A DNA stretch of 64,000 nt from Eledone cirrhosa. Its lineage: Eukaryota. The stretch is from positions 265,174,001-265,238,000 of the forward strand of contig OZ024740.1 of NCBI GenBank assembly GCA_964016885.1, given 5' to 3'. Shown in pieces: positions 41,349-55,600 of this stretch (its first letter is position 1; each line of letters starts with the position of its first letter). The notes beneath the pieces are model-generated. The model had not been told where the DNA came from. It searched no databases and saw only the letters and a list, made by a program, of their open reading frames with translations. Both the position numbers and the translations under genes were made by a program.

Positions 41349-43330
41349 CCCCTAATCTTCATGTCTCCTCCGATAAAACCAAAAACGTTTATGACGTAGA
41401 CCCACAGACCTAAAATAAGCTGGCAAAAAATGCCATCACCACCACCTACAAAAAGGTAATAGAGATAGCATTGACTGAGACAAACGCGGCCGAAAAAGAA
41501 ATCGCCAAGTCCCTTAAATTAAATGACCGAACCGAACCTTTAAGACCCCGCACTTTACCTTGAAGGACCATAAGGGAAACTTCCTCAACAAACCATCAGT
41601 CAGACTTATCAACCCCACTCGTTCAGACATCGGCTCTATCAGTAAGAAGATCCTAGATAGAGTTCTACCATCATTGCGGGTTGCCTAACCACTCCCACTC
41701 TAGAGCTGAACATCTGAGGCAATATCCTGGTTCCAAGAATTACCCGACAAACACCACACGCGCTTCCTGCAACTCGACATAGAAAACTACTATGCTTCTA
41801 TCTCGGAGCCCCTCCTGGAGGACGCAATTACCTTTGCCAGGAATTTTACCACCATTACCGATGCTGAGCAAGTTGTTATCCTCCACGCCCGTAAGACCTT
41901 TCTATACCACGATGGATCTTACTGGATCAACAAGAAGTCTCAGACCCCCATTTGACGTCAGCATGGGAGCGAGTGACTCGGCTGAAATTAGAGACCTTGT
42001 GGGCTTGTACATTTTACATCACCTGAAAAACCTCTTTACCGGCCTAACCGAAGGTTTATACCAAGACGACGGCCTCTTCACCCTGCACAAGGTTAACCCC
42101 AGAACCACCGATGGGTTTAGGAGAAACTTAAGCTCGTTCTCTAATCTAGGATTTAGTATAACTATAGAATCTAATATGTCTAGGGTCAACTTCTTAGATG
42201 TCACTCTCGACCTAGATACTTCCCTCTATTGCCCGTACCACAAACCTAATGAGTCCCTTAGATATATTAATGTTAATTCTAACCACCCCAAAAACATCAC
42301 TGAAAACTTAGTAAAAAGCGTCTCAATTAGAATCTCTGATCTCTCTGCCAACGAAGATATTTTTAACGCCTCTGCCTCGTACTACAATGACGCCCTCGCC
42401 CGCAGCGGATTTAAAGAAAAGATAACCTACCTAGAAACCACCGCAAGTTTGCAGAGGAGGAATAGGCATAGGCAGATTAGCTGGTACAACCCTCCCTTCA
42501 ATAGAGAGGTCTCTACACCGATAGCTAGGATTTTCTTCACTTTGCTGAAAGCACACTTCCCCATACAACATAGGTACTACACCATCTTTAATAAGAACAC
42601 AATAAGACTCTCCTACTCAACCACACCTAACCTAGCTAGGAATATAGCCAACCACAATTCTAAAAAAATAAATAAGCCAACCACATCCGAACCCAATCCC
42701 CGGACTGGGGCCTTGTGTAATTGCCTAAATAAGGAAGCCTGCCCACTTGAAAACAAATGCCTGACAAATGATATCGTATACAAATGCGATGTCATCTCAG
42801 GCACCGATGATTGCAATAACAAAAAGACTTACCTTCGGCATGACTTCCAATAACTTTAAGACCTGTTGGTATGCTCATACCCTTCTCCTTCAGAAGACCG
42901 GACAAATCAAACCAGACAACACTCGCCTCCTATGTTTGGGACATCAAAAGGAACTCCACCCCCTTCACGCTTAAATGGAAAATACTACAGAAAGCGTGCT
43001 CTTACAACAGAGGACACAAAGGCTGCGACCTCTGTATCTCAGAGAGCTATGGAATTTTATTCGCCAAGGGCCCGCTACTGAACAAACTCTCTGAACACTG
43101 CCGGAACTGCATGCACAAGAACTTTGCAACTTTCAAATATCTAAAGCCAATGCTAAAGCCCGATTTCTAAAAACGACTTCCTCCTTTTAGCCCCTCTACC
43201 TCCTTCCTACGCCACCCCACCCCTCCTCCACCTGAAATACGGCCACTATGGTTATGTGAGTACCTCTTACCTATCTGCATTTTCTGCCTGTAGAGCTGTT
43301 TTTATGTGCCTGTTTATATGCGTATATTTA
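41345..43330 (+). mobile_element. PLE (Naiad-like, tentative) RT plus C-terminal GIY-YIG pseudogene
   Basis: [82 protein letters not shown]; frameshifted; flanked by (TA)n. Confidence 0.92.
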
Positions 43331-43382
43331 TGAGTACTTATTTGTATATTCATATATATGTGTATTTGTGTGTATATGTAGG

Positions 43383-43464
<82 letters not shown>

Positions 43465-43468
43465 AGTA

Positions 43469-43606
<138 letters not shown>

Positions 43607-43610
43607 AGTA

Positions 43611-43696
<86 letters not shown>

Positions 43697-44509
43697 TATT
43701 GGAAAATGTGTGTAATCCTTGGTACAGTTAGGTATATTAAGACAGGGGGGAAGAAAAAATGGCTTCACTTGTGCTTTCAACAAATTTATTTTCTTCACAA
43801 AATCCAAAAAGAGTTTTTCTTAAAAAAAATTATTTTATAAATTAAGTTGTTGGTTGTTGGTAAGGTCTTAGGAGCTCTTGGTTAACGTAGGAGGTATTGT
43901 TTCGTTTTTAGAAAGACCTTTCACGCTGAGGTGCGCTTGTCAAACTGATGTGTAAGTGGTGTGTTGTTCTATATATAGGGATTTAACATGTCTGTGGTGT
44001 GGTGGGGGTTTCTTTTATCCCCCTTTAATAAGTACATGGGTGTAGGTGTGTGAAAAAGTGTTCATAGCAGTAATGAGTTGAGACGGTGAGTAGGGTTGGG
44101 TGGGGAGAAATGTAGCAAGTGCGGTCTGCCCCGGTCATTCTCGAAAAATTCCTTTATTCAGGGGAAAAAGCTTTTAGAATTGCTTTTGTGTTGAGAATGG
44201 TCACAGGCAAATCGCACCTGTCAAGTTTGTGAATAATAATTTTTTTTTTTTTTCCTGAAGAATTTTTCTACGTCCATCCCAAAGTTAGTCCTTTGTTCAA
44301 CAGACACATATGTGCGCATACACGTACATACACACGGGCATATGTAGGAATATATAGGCACACACCATCAATCACACACCCATGTACAAATACATCCACA
44401 TACATACAAAAAAACATATAGAGACACGTAGAAAAATACACATACACATACGTACACACACGAATATGTACTCATACCTCCACGTGGGTATATATATATA
44501 TATACATAT

Positions 44510-44562
<53 letters not shown>

Positions 44563-44569
<7 letters not shown>

Positions 44570-44972
44570 AGATCAAAAGATGGTTAAAGGAGTTCCATAT
44601 ATTTTATTATGCGCATTTCAAAAACAAACACCATCAAGCAATAATATTTGTGTTTTCATCAGATAAAACAGGAGAACATGATATGAAGGCTAAAAAACAC
44701 TTGTTGATAGTGCAGTTTTAAATCAACATAACTGCACTATCAACAAGTGTTTTTTAGCCTTCATATCATGTTCTCCTGTTTTATCTGATGAAAACACAAA
44801 TATTATTGCTTGATGATGTTTGTTTTTGAAATGCGCATAATAAAATATATGGAACTCCTTTAACCATCTTTTGATCTTATATTATGCATACTCCAGTCCC
44901 ACAAACTGTAGAGTGCTTCTTATCCGATATCTGCATTGCTTTATTGTACTACAATAAAACTCACCTCCTACA
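44563..44972. mobile_element. Family D asymmetric fold-back element with a complete HHR in each arm
   Basis: Arms span 44563-44884, tail to 44972; HHRs at 44779-44845 (+) and 44602-44668 (-). Confidence 0.88.
44779..44845 (+). ncRNA. Type-I hammerhead ribozyme
   Basis: TTTTAT-CTGATGA-AAACA..TGTTTTT-GAAA-TGCGCA-TA-ATAAAA; palindromic ATGCGCAT stem III; AUA site. Confidence 0.75.
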
Positions 44973-45295
44973 TATATATATATATATACATACATATACA
45001 CATACACATACATATACACACACACATATAAATATATATACACACACACATACATATATATATACACATATACATACATATACATACATATACACATAAA
45101 GATACATAACTAAATATACATATATACACATACACGCACACATACACACACATACACACACACACACGCACGTGTATACACACACACATATACATATGTC
45201 CGTATATATACCCCTCCGTTCACACATACATGCATACACACACACACATACACACATACATCTATATATATATACACATATAAAGAGAGAGGCAT

Positions 45296-45345
<50 letters not shown>

Positions 45346-45353
<8 letters not shown>

Positions 45354-48352
45354 ATACTTTGGGAGGGTCATGTTGCCAATAAGAAACACACGCACCAGTT
45401 GCTTTCACTTCAATTTATTATATATTTATAAATTTATAAAGTTACAAATTTACAAACTTATAAATTTCTGGTTGGTTGGTTGGTTCCACAACCAGATAGT
45501 TGTTTATATATAGTCATAGTCCTTTCGTCACACACTCTGTGACCTCTTCAGCGACTGGGGATTCCTTTCTTTGTTTCTGTGCCTTTCCTTTCTTCTGTCC
45601 TACGCCATTTTGTTCCTGTGTGTGTGTTGTGTGCTCAGTTTGCGCATGCGCCACATCCGGGTGTCTGTGTGTGTTTGTGTTCATTTATCTATTTGTTTAT
45701 TTATTTATTTATTTATTTACATGTTGTTGGTTGGTTGTTTGTTCTATATGTGTGTTTTCATTTTGTCCTTAATTGTAAGTTGTGATGTTGCTGTTCCACT
45801 CATATTTTCTATTTAATTTTGGTTGTAATTCTTTTATGCTTACTGCCTCTGTAATTTGCCTAAACATTGCATCTTTTCTGTGTGTGGATTCTATTTTTAT
45901 TTCTATGTTCTCTAATTTACCCTTGTGTTCTATCTTAGCATGTTGGTAGAGCACAGATGATTCTTTATTATCTTGAAGGTCTCGCCAGTGTTCATTTATT
46001 CGTTCCCCTATACTACGAGCTGTCTCACCTATGTACACTATATTTTTGTTTCTACATTGTCCTTCAGTACATCTTATGCTATACACTACATTTCTAGTTT
46101 TACAGTTAATATGGGGGCTTATTTTACAGGTTATACATTTCTTATCTATACATGAGGGTCTTTGGAACGGGTATGTCTTGCTAATAAGTGTTTTTACGGA
46201 GGTACCTGGTCTTTCTACTATCTTAATATTGAGTTTATGTTTATTTAGGGCCCTTCTAAATTTGTAGGCTAGTTCGCCTCTAGGGGTTGTATTGATGAAC
46301 ATTACACTCTGGTATTTATTGCTATCATACCATGAGTTTATTCTATTGGCCTTGTTCCTAGTTCTTTCTATTCTATTCTAAAATTTGCTCCTATACAAGG
46401 GGCAGGTCCCATTTATGTCATTATTTACCATTTTTTCCCATTTGGTTCTGGCTCCTCTATACACTCTGATTCTATCTCTCTGATTGTAGCCAGAGAACTG
46501 CGTACGGTGGATGAAATGTTGTATGTGTCTCTCTAGTTCTTCGGGGTTGCACATGCTGGACACATTTCTCATCACCCGTACCAAATCCGCAATCAGTATG
46601 TTGATTTTGGTATGGTCCGAAATGGCCGAGTTCGGTGGATCAGATGTTTGGAAGTCATGGGTTTGGCATAATGGGAATGGAGGATTTGTTTTTGGTTGTT
46701 AATGGTATCTAACCAGAGCTCTGTGTCTAGTACAGGTAATCGATGGTTGGGGTGTCTACTTGGCTAGTCTATAGTAACTCTAATGCTCTGGTGGATGGAG
46801 TTTGCTATTTGCTGGATGCTTTCCATTGTGTTTTTCTCTAGTTCCTGACTGTTCTTTTGTGGGGGGTGTCTTAACTTCGATGTTTATATCATCTACGTAG
46901 CGGGAGCAAATTATCAGGGTTAAGCTGTCTTCTAATTGTTCTTTAAGTTTTTGTTTAAGTCTACTGTCCCACCATACCATGAATAAGTTAGCTATGTCGC
47001 CTGCAATGCTAACACCAATGGCTGCTTGTTCCTCTTGGGCATATGTTTTACCATTAAATTTGAACATATGTTCCTTAAGGGTTAATTTTATGCTGGCCCC
47101 GAAGAACTAGAGAGACACATACAACACTTCATCCACCGTATGCAGTTCTCTGGCTACAATCAGAGAGATAGAATCAGAGTGTATAGAGGAGCCAGAACCA
47201 AATGGGAAAAATGGTAAATAATGACATAAATGGGACCTACCCCTTGTATAGGAGCAAATTTTGGAATAGAATAGAAAGAACTAGGAACAAGGCCAATAGA
47301 ATAAACTCATGGTATGATAGCAATAAATACCAGAGTGTAATGTTCATCAATACAACCCCTAGAGGCGAACTAGCCTACAAATTTAGAAGGGCCCTAAATA
47401 AACATAAACTCAATATTAAGATAGTAGAAAGACCAGGTACCTCCGTAAAAACACTTATTAGCAAGACATACCCGTTCCAAAGACCCTCATGTATAGATAA
47501 GAAATGTATAACCTGTAAAATAAGCCCCCATATTAACTGTAAAACTAGAAATGTAGTGTATAGCATAAGATGTACTGAAGGACAATGTAGAAACAAAAAT
47601 ATAGTGTACATAGGTGAGACAGCTCGTAGTATAGGGGAACGAATAAATGAACACTGGCGAGACCTTCAAGATAATAAAGAATCATCTGTGCTCTACCAAC
47701 ATGCTAAGATAGAACACAAGGGTAAATTAGAGAACATAGAAATAAAAATAGAATCCACACACAGAAAAGATGCAATGTTTAGGCAAATTACAGAGGCAGT
47801 AAGCATAAAAGAATTACAACCAAAATTAAATAGAAAATATGAGTGGAACAGCAACATCACAACTTACAATTAAGAACAAAATGAAAACACACACATAGAA
47901 CAAACAACCAACCAACAACATGTAAATAAATAAATAAATAAATAAACAAATAGATAAATGAACACAAACACACACAGACACCCGGATGTGGCGCATGCGC
48001 AAACTGAGCACACAACACACACACAGAAACAAAATGGCGTAGGACAGAAGAAAGGAAAGGCACAGAAACAAAGAAAGGAATCCCCAGTCACTGAAGAGGT
48101 CACAGAGTGTGTGACGAAAGGACTATGACTATATATAAACAACTATCTGGTTGTGGAACCAACCAACCAACCAGAAATTTATAAGTTTGTAGATTTGTAA
48201 CTTTATAAATTTATAAATATATAATAAATTGAAGTGAAAGCAACTGGTGCGTGTGTTTCTAATTGGCAACATGACCCTCCCAAAGTATAACAATATCGGT
48301 TTCAACACACGATTTCAGATAAAGAATCTTGCTAAACAAATTCAGAAACGAA
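45346..48352. mobile_element. PLE (Hydra-clade-like, tentative) as a 1.2-kb inverted duplication
   Basis: 45346-46546 (-) and 47097-48296 (+) are near-identical; spacer encodes RT AIGVSIAGDIANLFMVWWD..RYVDD on the minus strand; EN VVYSIRC..YIGETARS..ERINEH..LNRKYEW. Confidence 0.92.
48086..48130 (+). ncRNA. Intact type-I hammerhead in PLE pLTR (copies at 45512-45556 minus and 52737-52781 plus)
   Basis: AGTCA-CTGAAGA-G GTCACA..TGTGAC-GAAA-GGAC-TA-TGACT; CUA site after 48125. Confidence 0.85.
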
Positions 48353-48390
<38 letters not shown>

Positions 48391-48522
48391 TTTTAACGTC
48401 TCTTATATTATTGTTCTGCAACCCCATGCATTGAACCACACTGTTATTAAGACAAAACCTATATATTTGCTAGCATTGATATGCATCTGTATGTATATAT
48501 ATGTTACTAGATATGAATTCTT

Positions 48523-48557
<35 letters not shown>

Positions 48558-48676
48558 CATACATACATATACACATACATATATGCACACATAAACACAC
48601 ACAGACACATACACACATATACACATACACATACACATACATATATATCCATATACATACATATACACACATACAT

Positions 48677-48723
<47 letters not shown>

Positions 48724-48787
48724 CATACACATACACATTCACATACAAGTACATACATACACACATACATACATACACATACATGTG

Positions 48788-48831
<44 letters not shown>

Positions 48832-49210
48832 TACATACATACATATATACATATATATACACATACATACACATACATACACACATACATATATACATAT
48901 ATATATATGTGCGTACAAACGAGCACATAAAGACATATATACACATACACATATATATACATATATATACATACATATACACACATATATATACACATAC
49001 ATCTACATACATACATATACACAAACAGAAACATACACATATGTACACACATATATACATATATGCACATACATACATATACACAAACAGAAACATACAC
49101 ATATGTACACACATATATACATATATGCACATACATACACACACACACACACACATATATATATAAACATACACATACATACATGTACATATACACATAT
49201 ATACACACAT

Positions 49211-49253
<43 letters not shown>

Positions 49254-49276
49254 TACAAACATACACACATCCATAC

Positions 49277-49320
<44 letters not shown>

Positions 49321-49472
49321 ACACCCACATACATATATACCCACACGTACATACATCCATACATCCCTACACACATATATGTGTGTGTCTCACCGTTTAC
49401 TCAGATATTCATGTGTATACATAAGAAGAGGGGGGGGGGTAGTGAAATTGAATTTTACCTCCGAGTGTTAAT

Positions 49473-49800
49473 TCATTTTTTCGTGTTCTTTAGTGGTTTA
49501 AATTTTTCAATGAAGAATTCTTCTTTATATCTGCGGAAATGTTCGTTATCCGACCATATCTTGAAGAAAGGGAAGATTGTGAATTTTCCCTTCCCGCATG
49601 ATGCAAAGTGTGCGCTACATGTGGTATTTCTGACTGTGGGGTCTTTAATTTGTTGTTTATGTACCCGGACTCTATCATGTAATCCCGTTTCGGTTTCCCC
49701 AATGTAATACTCTTTACACTGTGGACATGTTGCGCAATATATTAGGTTTTTCGTTTTGCAGTTCATGTTAGCATTGACTTTGAAATTATCATGGTCTTTG
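49473..49800 (-). pseudogene. PLE GIY-YIG endonuclease fragment (duplicate at 54068-54395)
   Basis: NCKTKNLIYCATCPQCKEYYIGET..LHDRVRVH..EEFFI.KFKP. Confidence 0.88.
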
Positions 49801-50319
49801 AAGGAAAAAAAAAGAAAAAAATAATTATTCACAAACTTGACAGGTGCGATTTGCCTGTGACCATTCTCAACACAAAAGCAATTCTAAAAGCTTTTTCCCC
49901 TGAATAAAGGAATTTTTCGAGAATGACCGGGGCAGGCCGCACTTGCTACATTTCTCCCCACCCAACCCTACTCACCGTCTCAACTTATTACTGCTATGAA
50001 CACTTTTTCAACACACCTACACCCATGCACTTATTAAAGGGGAGAAAAGAAACCCCCACCACACCACAGACATGTTAAATCCCTATATATAGAACAACAC
50101 ACCACATACACATCAGTTTGACAAGCGCACCTCAGCGTGAAAGGTCTTTCTAAAAACGAAACAATACCTCCTACGTTAACCAAGAACTCCTAAGACCTAA
50201 CCAACAACCAACAACTTAATATATAAAATAATTTTTTTAAAGAAATATTCTTTTTGGATTTTGTGAAGAAAATAAATTTGTTGAAAGCACAAGTGAAGCC
50301 ATTTTTTCTTCCCACCTGT

Positions 50320-50402
<83 letters not shown>

Positions 50403-50603
50403 TTATATATGTATATGTATGTATGTGTGTATATGTGTATGTGTATATGTATATATATATATGTATATATATGTATATGTGTATGTATATATATGTGTGT
50501 GTGTATATATATACATGTATGTGTATATATGTGTATATATATATGTGTATATGTATATATATATATATATAAGTTAATTTTTATAATATTCTTGTTTTAC
50601 GTC

Positions 50604-50637
<34 letters not shown>

Positions 50638-50743
50638 CTATAAATATATATATAAAAATAAATAAATACATACTCAGATATATACATATATACATACACA
50701 TACATACATATACACATACACACATACATATATATATATATGA

Positions 50744-53003
50744 GAAATTAGAGACCTTGTGGGCTTGTACATTTTACATCACCTGAAAAACCTCTTTACC
50801 GGCCTAACCGAAGGTTTATACCAAGACGACGGCCTTTTCACCCTGCACAAGGTTAACCCCAGAACCACCGATGGGTTTAGGAGAAACTTAAGCTCGTTCT
50901 CTAATCTAGGATTTAGTATAACTATAGAATCTAATATGTCTAGGGTCAACTTCTTAGATGTCACTCTCGACCTAGATACTTCCCTCTATTGCCCGTACCA
51001 CAAACCTAATGAGTCCCTTAGATATATTAATGTTAATTCTAACCACCCCAAAAACATCACTGAAAACTTAGTAAAAAGCGTCTCAATTAGAATCTCTGAT
51101 CTCTCTGCCAACGAAGATATTTTTAACGCCTCTGCCTCGTACTACAATGACGCCCTCGCCCGCAGCGGATTTAAAGAAAAGATAACCTACCTAGAAACCA
51201 CCGTAAGTTTGCAGAGGAGGAATAGGCATAGGCAGATTAGCTGGTACAACCCTCCCTTCAATAGAGAGGTCTCTACACCGATAGCTAGGATTTTCTTCAC
51301 TTTGCTGAAAGCACACTTCCCCATATAACATAGGTACTACACCATCTTTAATAAGAACACAATAAGACTCTCCTACTCAACCACACCTAACCTAGCTAGG
51401 AATATAGCCAACCACAATTCTAAAAAATTAAATAAGCCAACCACATCCGAACCCAATCGCCGGACTGGGGCCTTGTGTAATTGCCTAAATAAGGAAGCCT
51501 GCCCACTTGAAAACAAATGCCTGACAAATGATATCGTATACAAATGCGATGTCATCTCAGGCACCGATGATTGCAATAACAAAAAGACTTACCTTCGGCA
51601 TGACTTCCAATAACTTTAAGACCTGTTGGTATGCTCATACCCTTCTCCTTCAGAAGACCGGACAAATCAAACCAGACAACACTCGCCTCCTGTGTTTGGG
51701 ACATCAAAAGGAACTCCACCCCCTTCACGCTTAAATGGAAAATACTACAGAAAGCGTGCTCTTACAACAGAGGACACTTCATCCACCGTATGCAGTTCTC
51801 TGGCTACAATCAGAGAGATAGAATCAGAGTGTATAGAGGAGCCAGAACCAAATGGGAAAAAATGGTAAATAATGACATAAATGGGACCTACCCCTTGTAT
51901 AGGAGCAAATTTTGGAATAGAATAGAAAGAACTAGGAACAAGGCCAATAGAATAAACTCATGGTATGATAGCAATAAATACCAGAGTGTAATGTTCATCA
52001 ATACAACCCCTAGAGGCGAACTAGCCTACAAATTTAGAAGGGCCCTAAATAAACATAAACTCAATATTAAGATAGTAGAAAGACCAGGTACCTCCGTAAA
52101 AACACTTATTAGCAAGACATACCCGTTCCAAAGACCCTCATGTATAGATAAGAAATGTATAACCTGTAAAATAAGCCCCCATATTAACTGTAAAACTAGA
52201 AATGTAGTGTATAGCATAAGATGTACTGAAGGACAATGTAGAAACAAAAATATAGTGTACATAGGTGAGACAGCTCGTAGTATAGGGGAACGAATAAATG
52301 AACACTGGCGAGACCTTCAAGATAATAAAGAATCATCTGTGCTCTACCAACATGCTAAGATAGAACACAAGGGTAAATTAGAGAACATAGAAATAAAAAT
52401 AGAATCCACACACAGAAAAGATGCAATGTTTAGGCAAATTACAGAGGCAGTAAGCATAAAAGAATTACAACCAAAATTAAATAGAAAATATGAGTGGAAC
52501 AGCAACATCACAACTTACAATTAAGGACAAAATGAAAACACACACATAGAACAAACAACCAACCAACAACATGTAAATAAATAAATAAATAAATAAACAA
52601 ATAGATAAATGAACACAAACACACACAGACACCCGGATGTGGCGCATGCGCAAACTGAGCACACAACACACACACAGAAACAAAATGGCGTAGGACAGAA
52701 GAAAGGAAAGGCACAGAAACAAAGAAAGGAATCCCCAGTCACTGAAGAGGTCACAGAGTGTGTGACGAAAGGACTATGACTATATATAAACAACTATCTG
52801 GTTGTGGAACCAACCAACCAACCAGAAATTTATAAGTTTGTAGATTTGTAACTTTATAAATTTATAAATATATAATAAATTGAAGTGAAAGCAACTGGTG
52901 CGTGTGTTTCTTATTGGCAACATGACCCTCCCAAAGTATAACAATATCGGTTTCAACACACGATTTCAGATAAAGAATCTTGCTAAACAAATTCAGAAAC
53001 GAA

Positions 53004-53041
<38 letters not shown>

Positions 53042-53173
53042 TTTTAACGTCTCTTATATTATTGTTCTGCAACCCCATGCATTGAACCACACTGTTATTA
53101 AGACAAAACCTATATATTTGCTAGCATTGATATGCATCTGTATGTATATATATGTTACTAGATATGAATTCTT

Positions 53174-53208
<35 letters not shown>

Positions 53209-53335
53209 CATACATACATACATACATATACACATACATATATGCACACATAAACACACACAGACACATACACACATATACACATACACATACACATACA
53301 TATATATCCATATACATACATATACACACATACAT

Positions 53336-53386
<51 letters not shown>

Positions 53387-53803
53387 CATACACATACACA
53401 TTCACATACAAGTACATACATACACACATACATACATACACATACATGTGCATACATACATATATATATATATATATATACATATATACATACATACATA
53501 TATACATATATATACACATACATACACATACATACACACATACATATATACATATATATATATGTGCGTACAAACGAGCACATAAAGACATATATACACA
53601 TACACATATATATACATATATATACATACATATACACACATATATATACACATACATCTACATACATACATATACACAAACAGAAACATACACATATGTA
53701 CACACATATATACATATATGCACATACATACACACACACACACACCCATATATATATAAACATACACATACATACATGTACATATACACATATATACACA
53801 CAT

Positions 53804-53846
<43 letters not shown>

Positions 53847-53869
53847 TACAAACATACACACATCCATAC

Positions 53870-53915
<46 letters not shown>

Positions 53916-54916
53916 ACACCCACATACATATATACCCACACGTACATACATCCATACATCCCTACACACATATATGTGTGTGTCTCACCGTTTACTCAGA
54001 TATTCATGTGTATACATAAGAAGAGGGGTGGGGGTAGTGAAATTGAATTTTACCTCCGAGTGTTAATTCATTTTTTCGTGTTCTTTAGTGGTTTAAATTT
54101 TTCAATGAAGAATTCTTCTTTATATCTGCGGAAATGTTCGTTATCCGACCATATCTTGAAGAAAGGGAAGATTGTGAATTTTCCCTTCCCGCATGATGCA
54201 AAGTGTGCGCTACATGTGGTATTTCTGACTGTGGGGTCTTTAATTTGTTGTTTATGTACCCGGACTCTATCATGTAATCCCGTTTCGGTTTCCCCAATGT
54301 AATACTCTTTACACTGTGGACATGTTGCGCAATATATTAGGTTTTTCGTTTTGCAGTTCATGTTAGCATTGACTTTGAAATTATCATGGTTTTTGAAGGA
54401 AAAAAAAAAGAAAAAAATAATTATTCACAAACTTGACAGGTGCGGTTTGCCTGTAACCATTCTCAACACAAAAGCAATTCTAAAAGCTTTTTCCCCTGAA
54501 TAAAGGAATTTTTCGAGAATGACCGGGGCAGGCCGCACTAGCTACATTTCTCCCCACCCAACCCTACTCACCGTCTCAACTTATTACTGCTATGAACACT
54601 TTTTCAACACACCTACACCCATGCACTTATTAAAGGGGGAGAAAAGAAACCCCCACCACACCACAGACATGTTAAATCCCTATATATAGAACAACACACC
54701 ACATACACATCAGTTTGACAAGCGCACCTCAGCGTGAAAGGTCTTTCTAAAAACGAAACAATACCTCCTACGTTAACCAAGAACTCCTAAGACCTAACCA
54801 ACAACCAACAACTTAATATATAAAATAATTTTTTTAAAGAAATATTCTTTTTGGATTTTGTGAAGAAAATAAATTTGTTGAAAGCACAAGTGAAGCCATT
54901 TTTTCTTCCCACCTGT

Positions 54917-54973
<57 letters not shown>

Positions 54974-54974
54974 A

Positions 54975-55009
<35 letters not shown>

Positions 55010-55210
55010 TTATATATGTATATGTATGTATGTGTGTATATGTGTATGTGTATATGTATATATATATATGTATATATATGTATATGTGTATGTATATATA
55101 TGTGTGTGTGTATATATATACATGTATGTGTATATATGTGTATATATATATGTGTATATGTATATATATATATATATAAGTTAATTTTTATAATATTCTT
55201 GTTTTACGTC

Positions 55211-55246
<36 letters not shown>

Positions 55247-55350
55247 CTATAAATATATATATAAAAATAAATAAATACATACTCAGATATATACATATAT
55301 ACATACACATACATACATATACACATACACACATACATATATATATATAT
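50744..55350 (+). repeat. Tandem segmental duplication of 41984-50740 lacking 43018-47123
   Basis: 50744-51777 matches 41984-43017 (offset 8760); 51774-55350 matches 47124-50740; junction microhomology ACAC. Confidence 0.9.
51631..52524 (+). pseudogene. Chimeric PLE ORF (partial endonuclease of one lineage fused to thumb/GIY-YIG of another)
   Basis: ..CSYNRGH|FIHRMQFSGY..; 297-aa ORF in the track. Confidence 0.8.
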
Positions 55351-55352
55351 AC

Positions 55353-55450
<98 letters not shown>

Positions 55451-55555
55451 GTATACATATATATATGTATGTGTGTATGTGTATATGTATGTATGTGTAT
55501 GTATATATGTATATATCTGAGTATGTATTTATTTATTTTTATATATATATTTATA

Positions 55556-55595
<40 letters not shown>

Positions 55596-55600
<5 letters not shown>

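Larger units (their letters stand above)
43698..50322 (-). mobile_element. Outer 5'-truncated PLE (Neptune-like GIY-YIG, tentative) with nested insertions
   Basis: pLTR 43698-44250 is the reverse complement of 49805-50322 plus a tail; endonuclease fragment at 49473-49800; microsatellite-rich UTR holds other PLEs. Confidence 0.7.

Noticed and set aside
42700-43170. Possible selenocysteine (in-frame TGA) in the Naiad-like endonuclease
   Set aside because: The conserved Cys codons I checked are TGC/TGT; no TGA at those sites.
50111-50156. TTGACAA-GCGC..GCGT-GAAA as a U3-A8 hammerhead variant in the pLTR (also about 43910-43950 and 54710-54755)
   Set aside because: Core covariation and stem II fit, but I could not pair a stem I; too weak to call.
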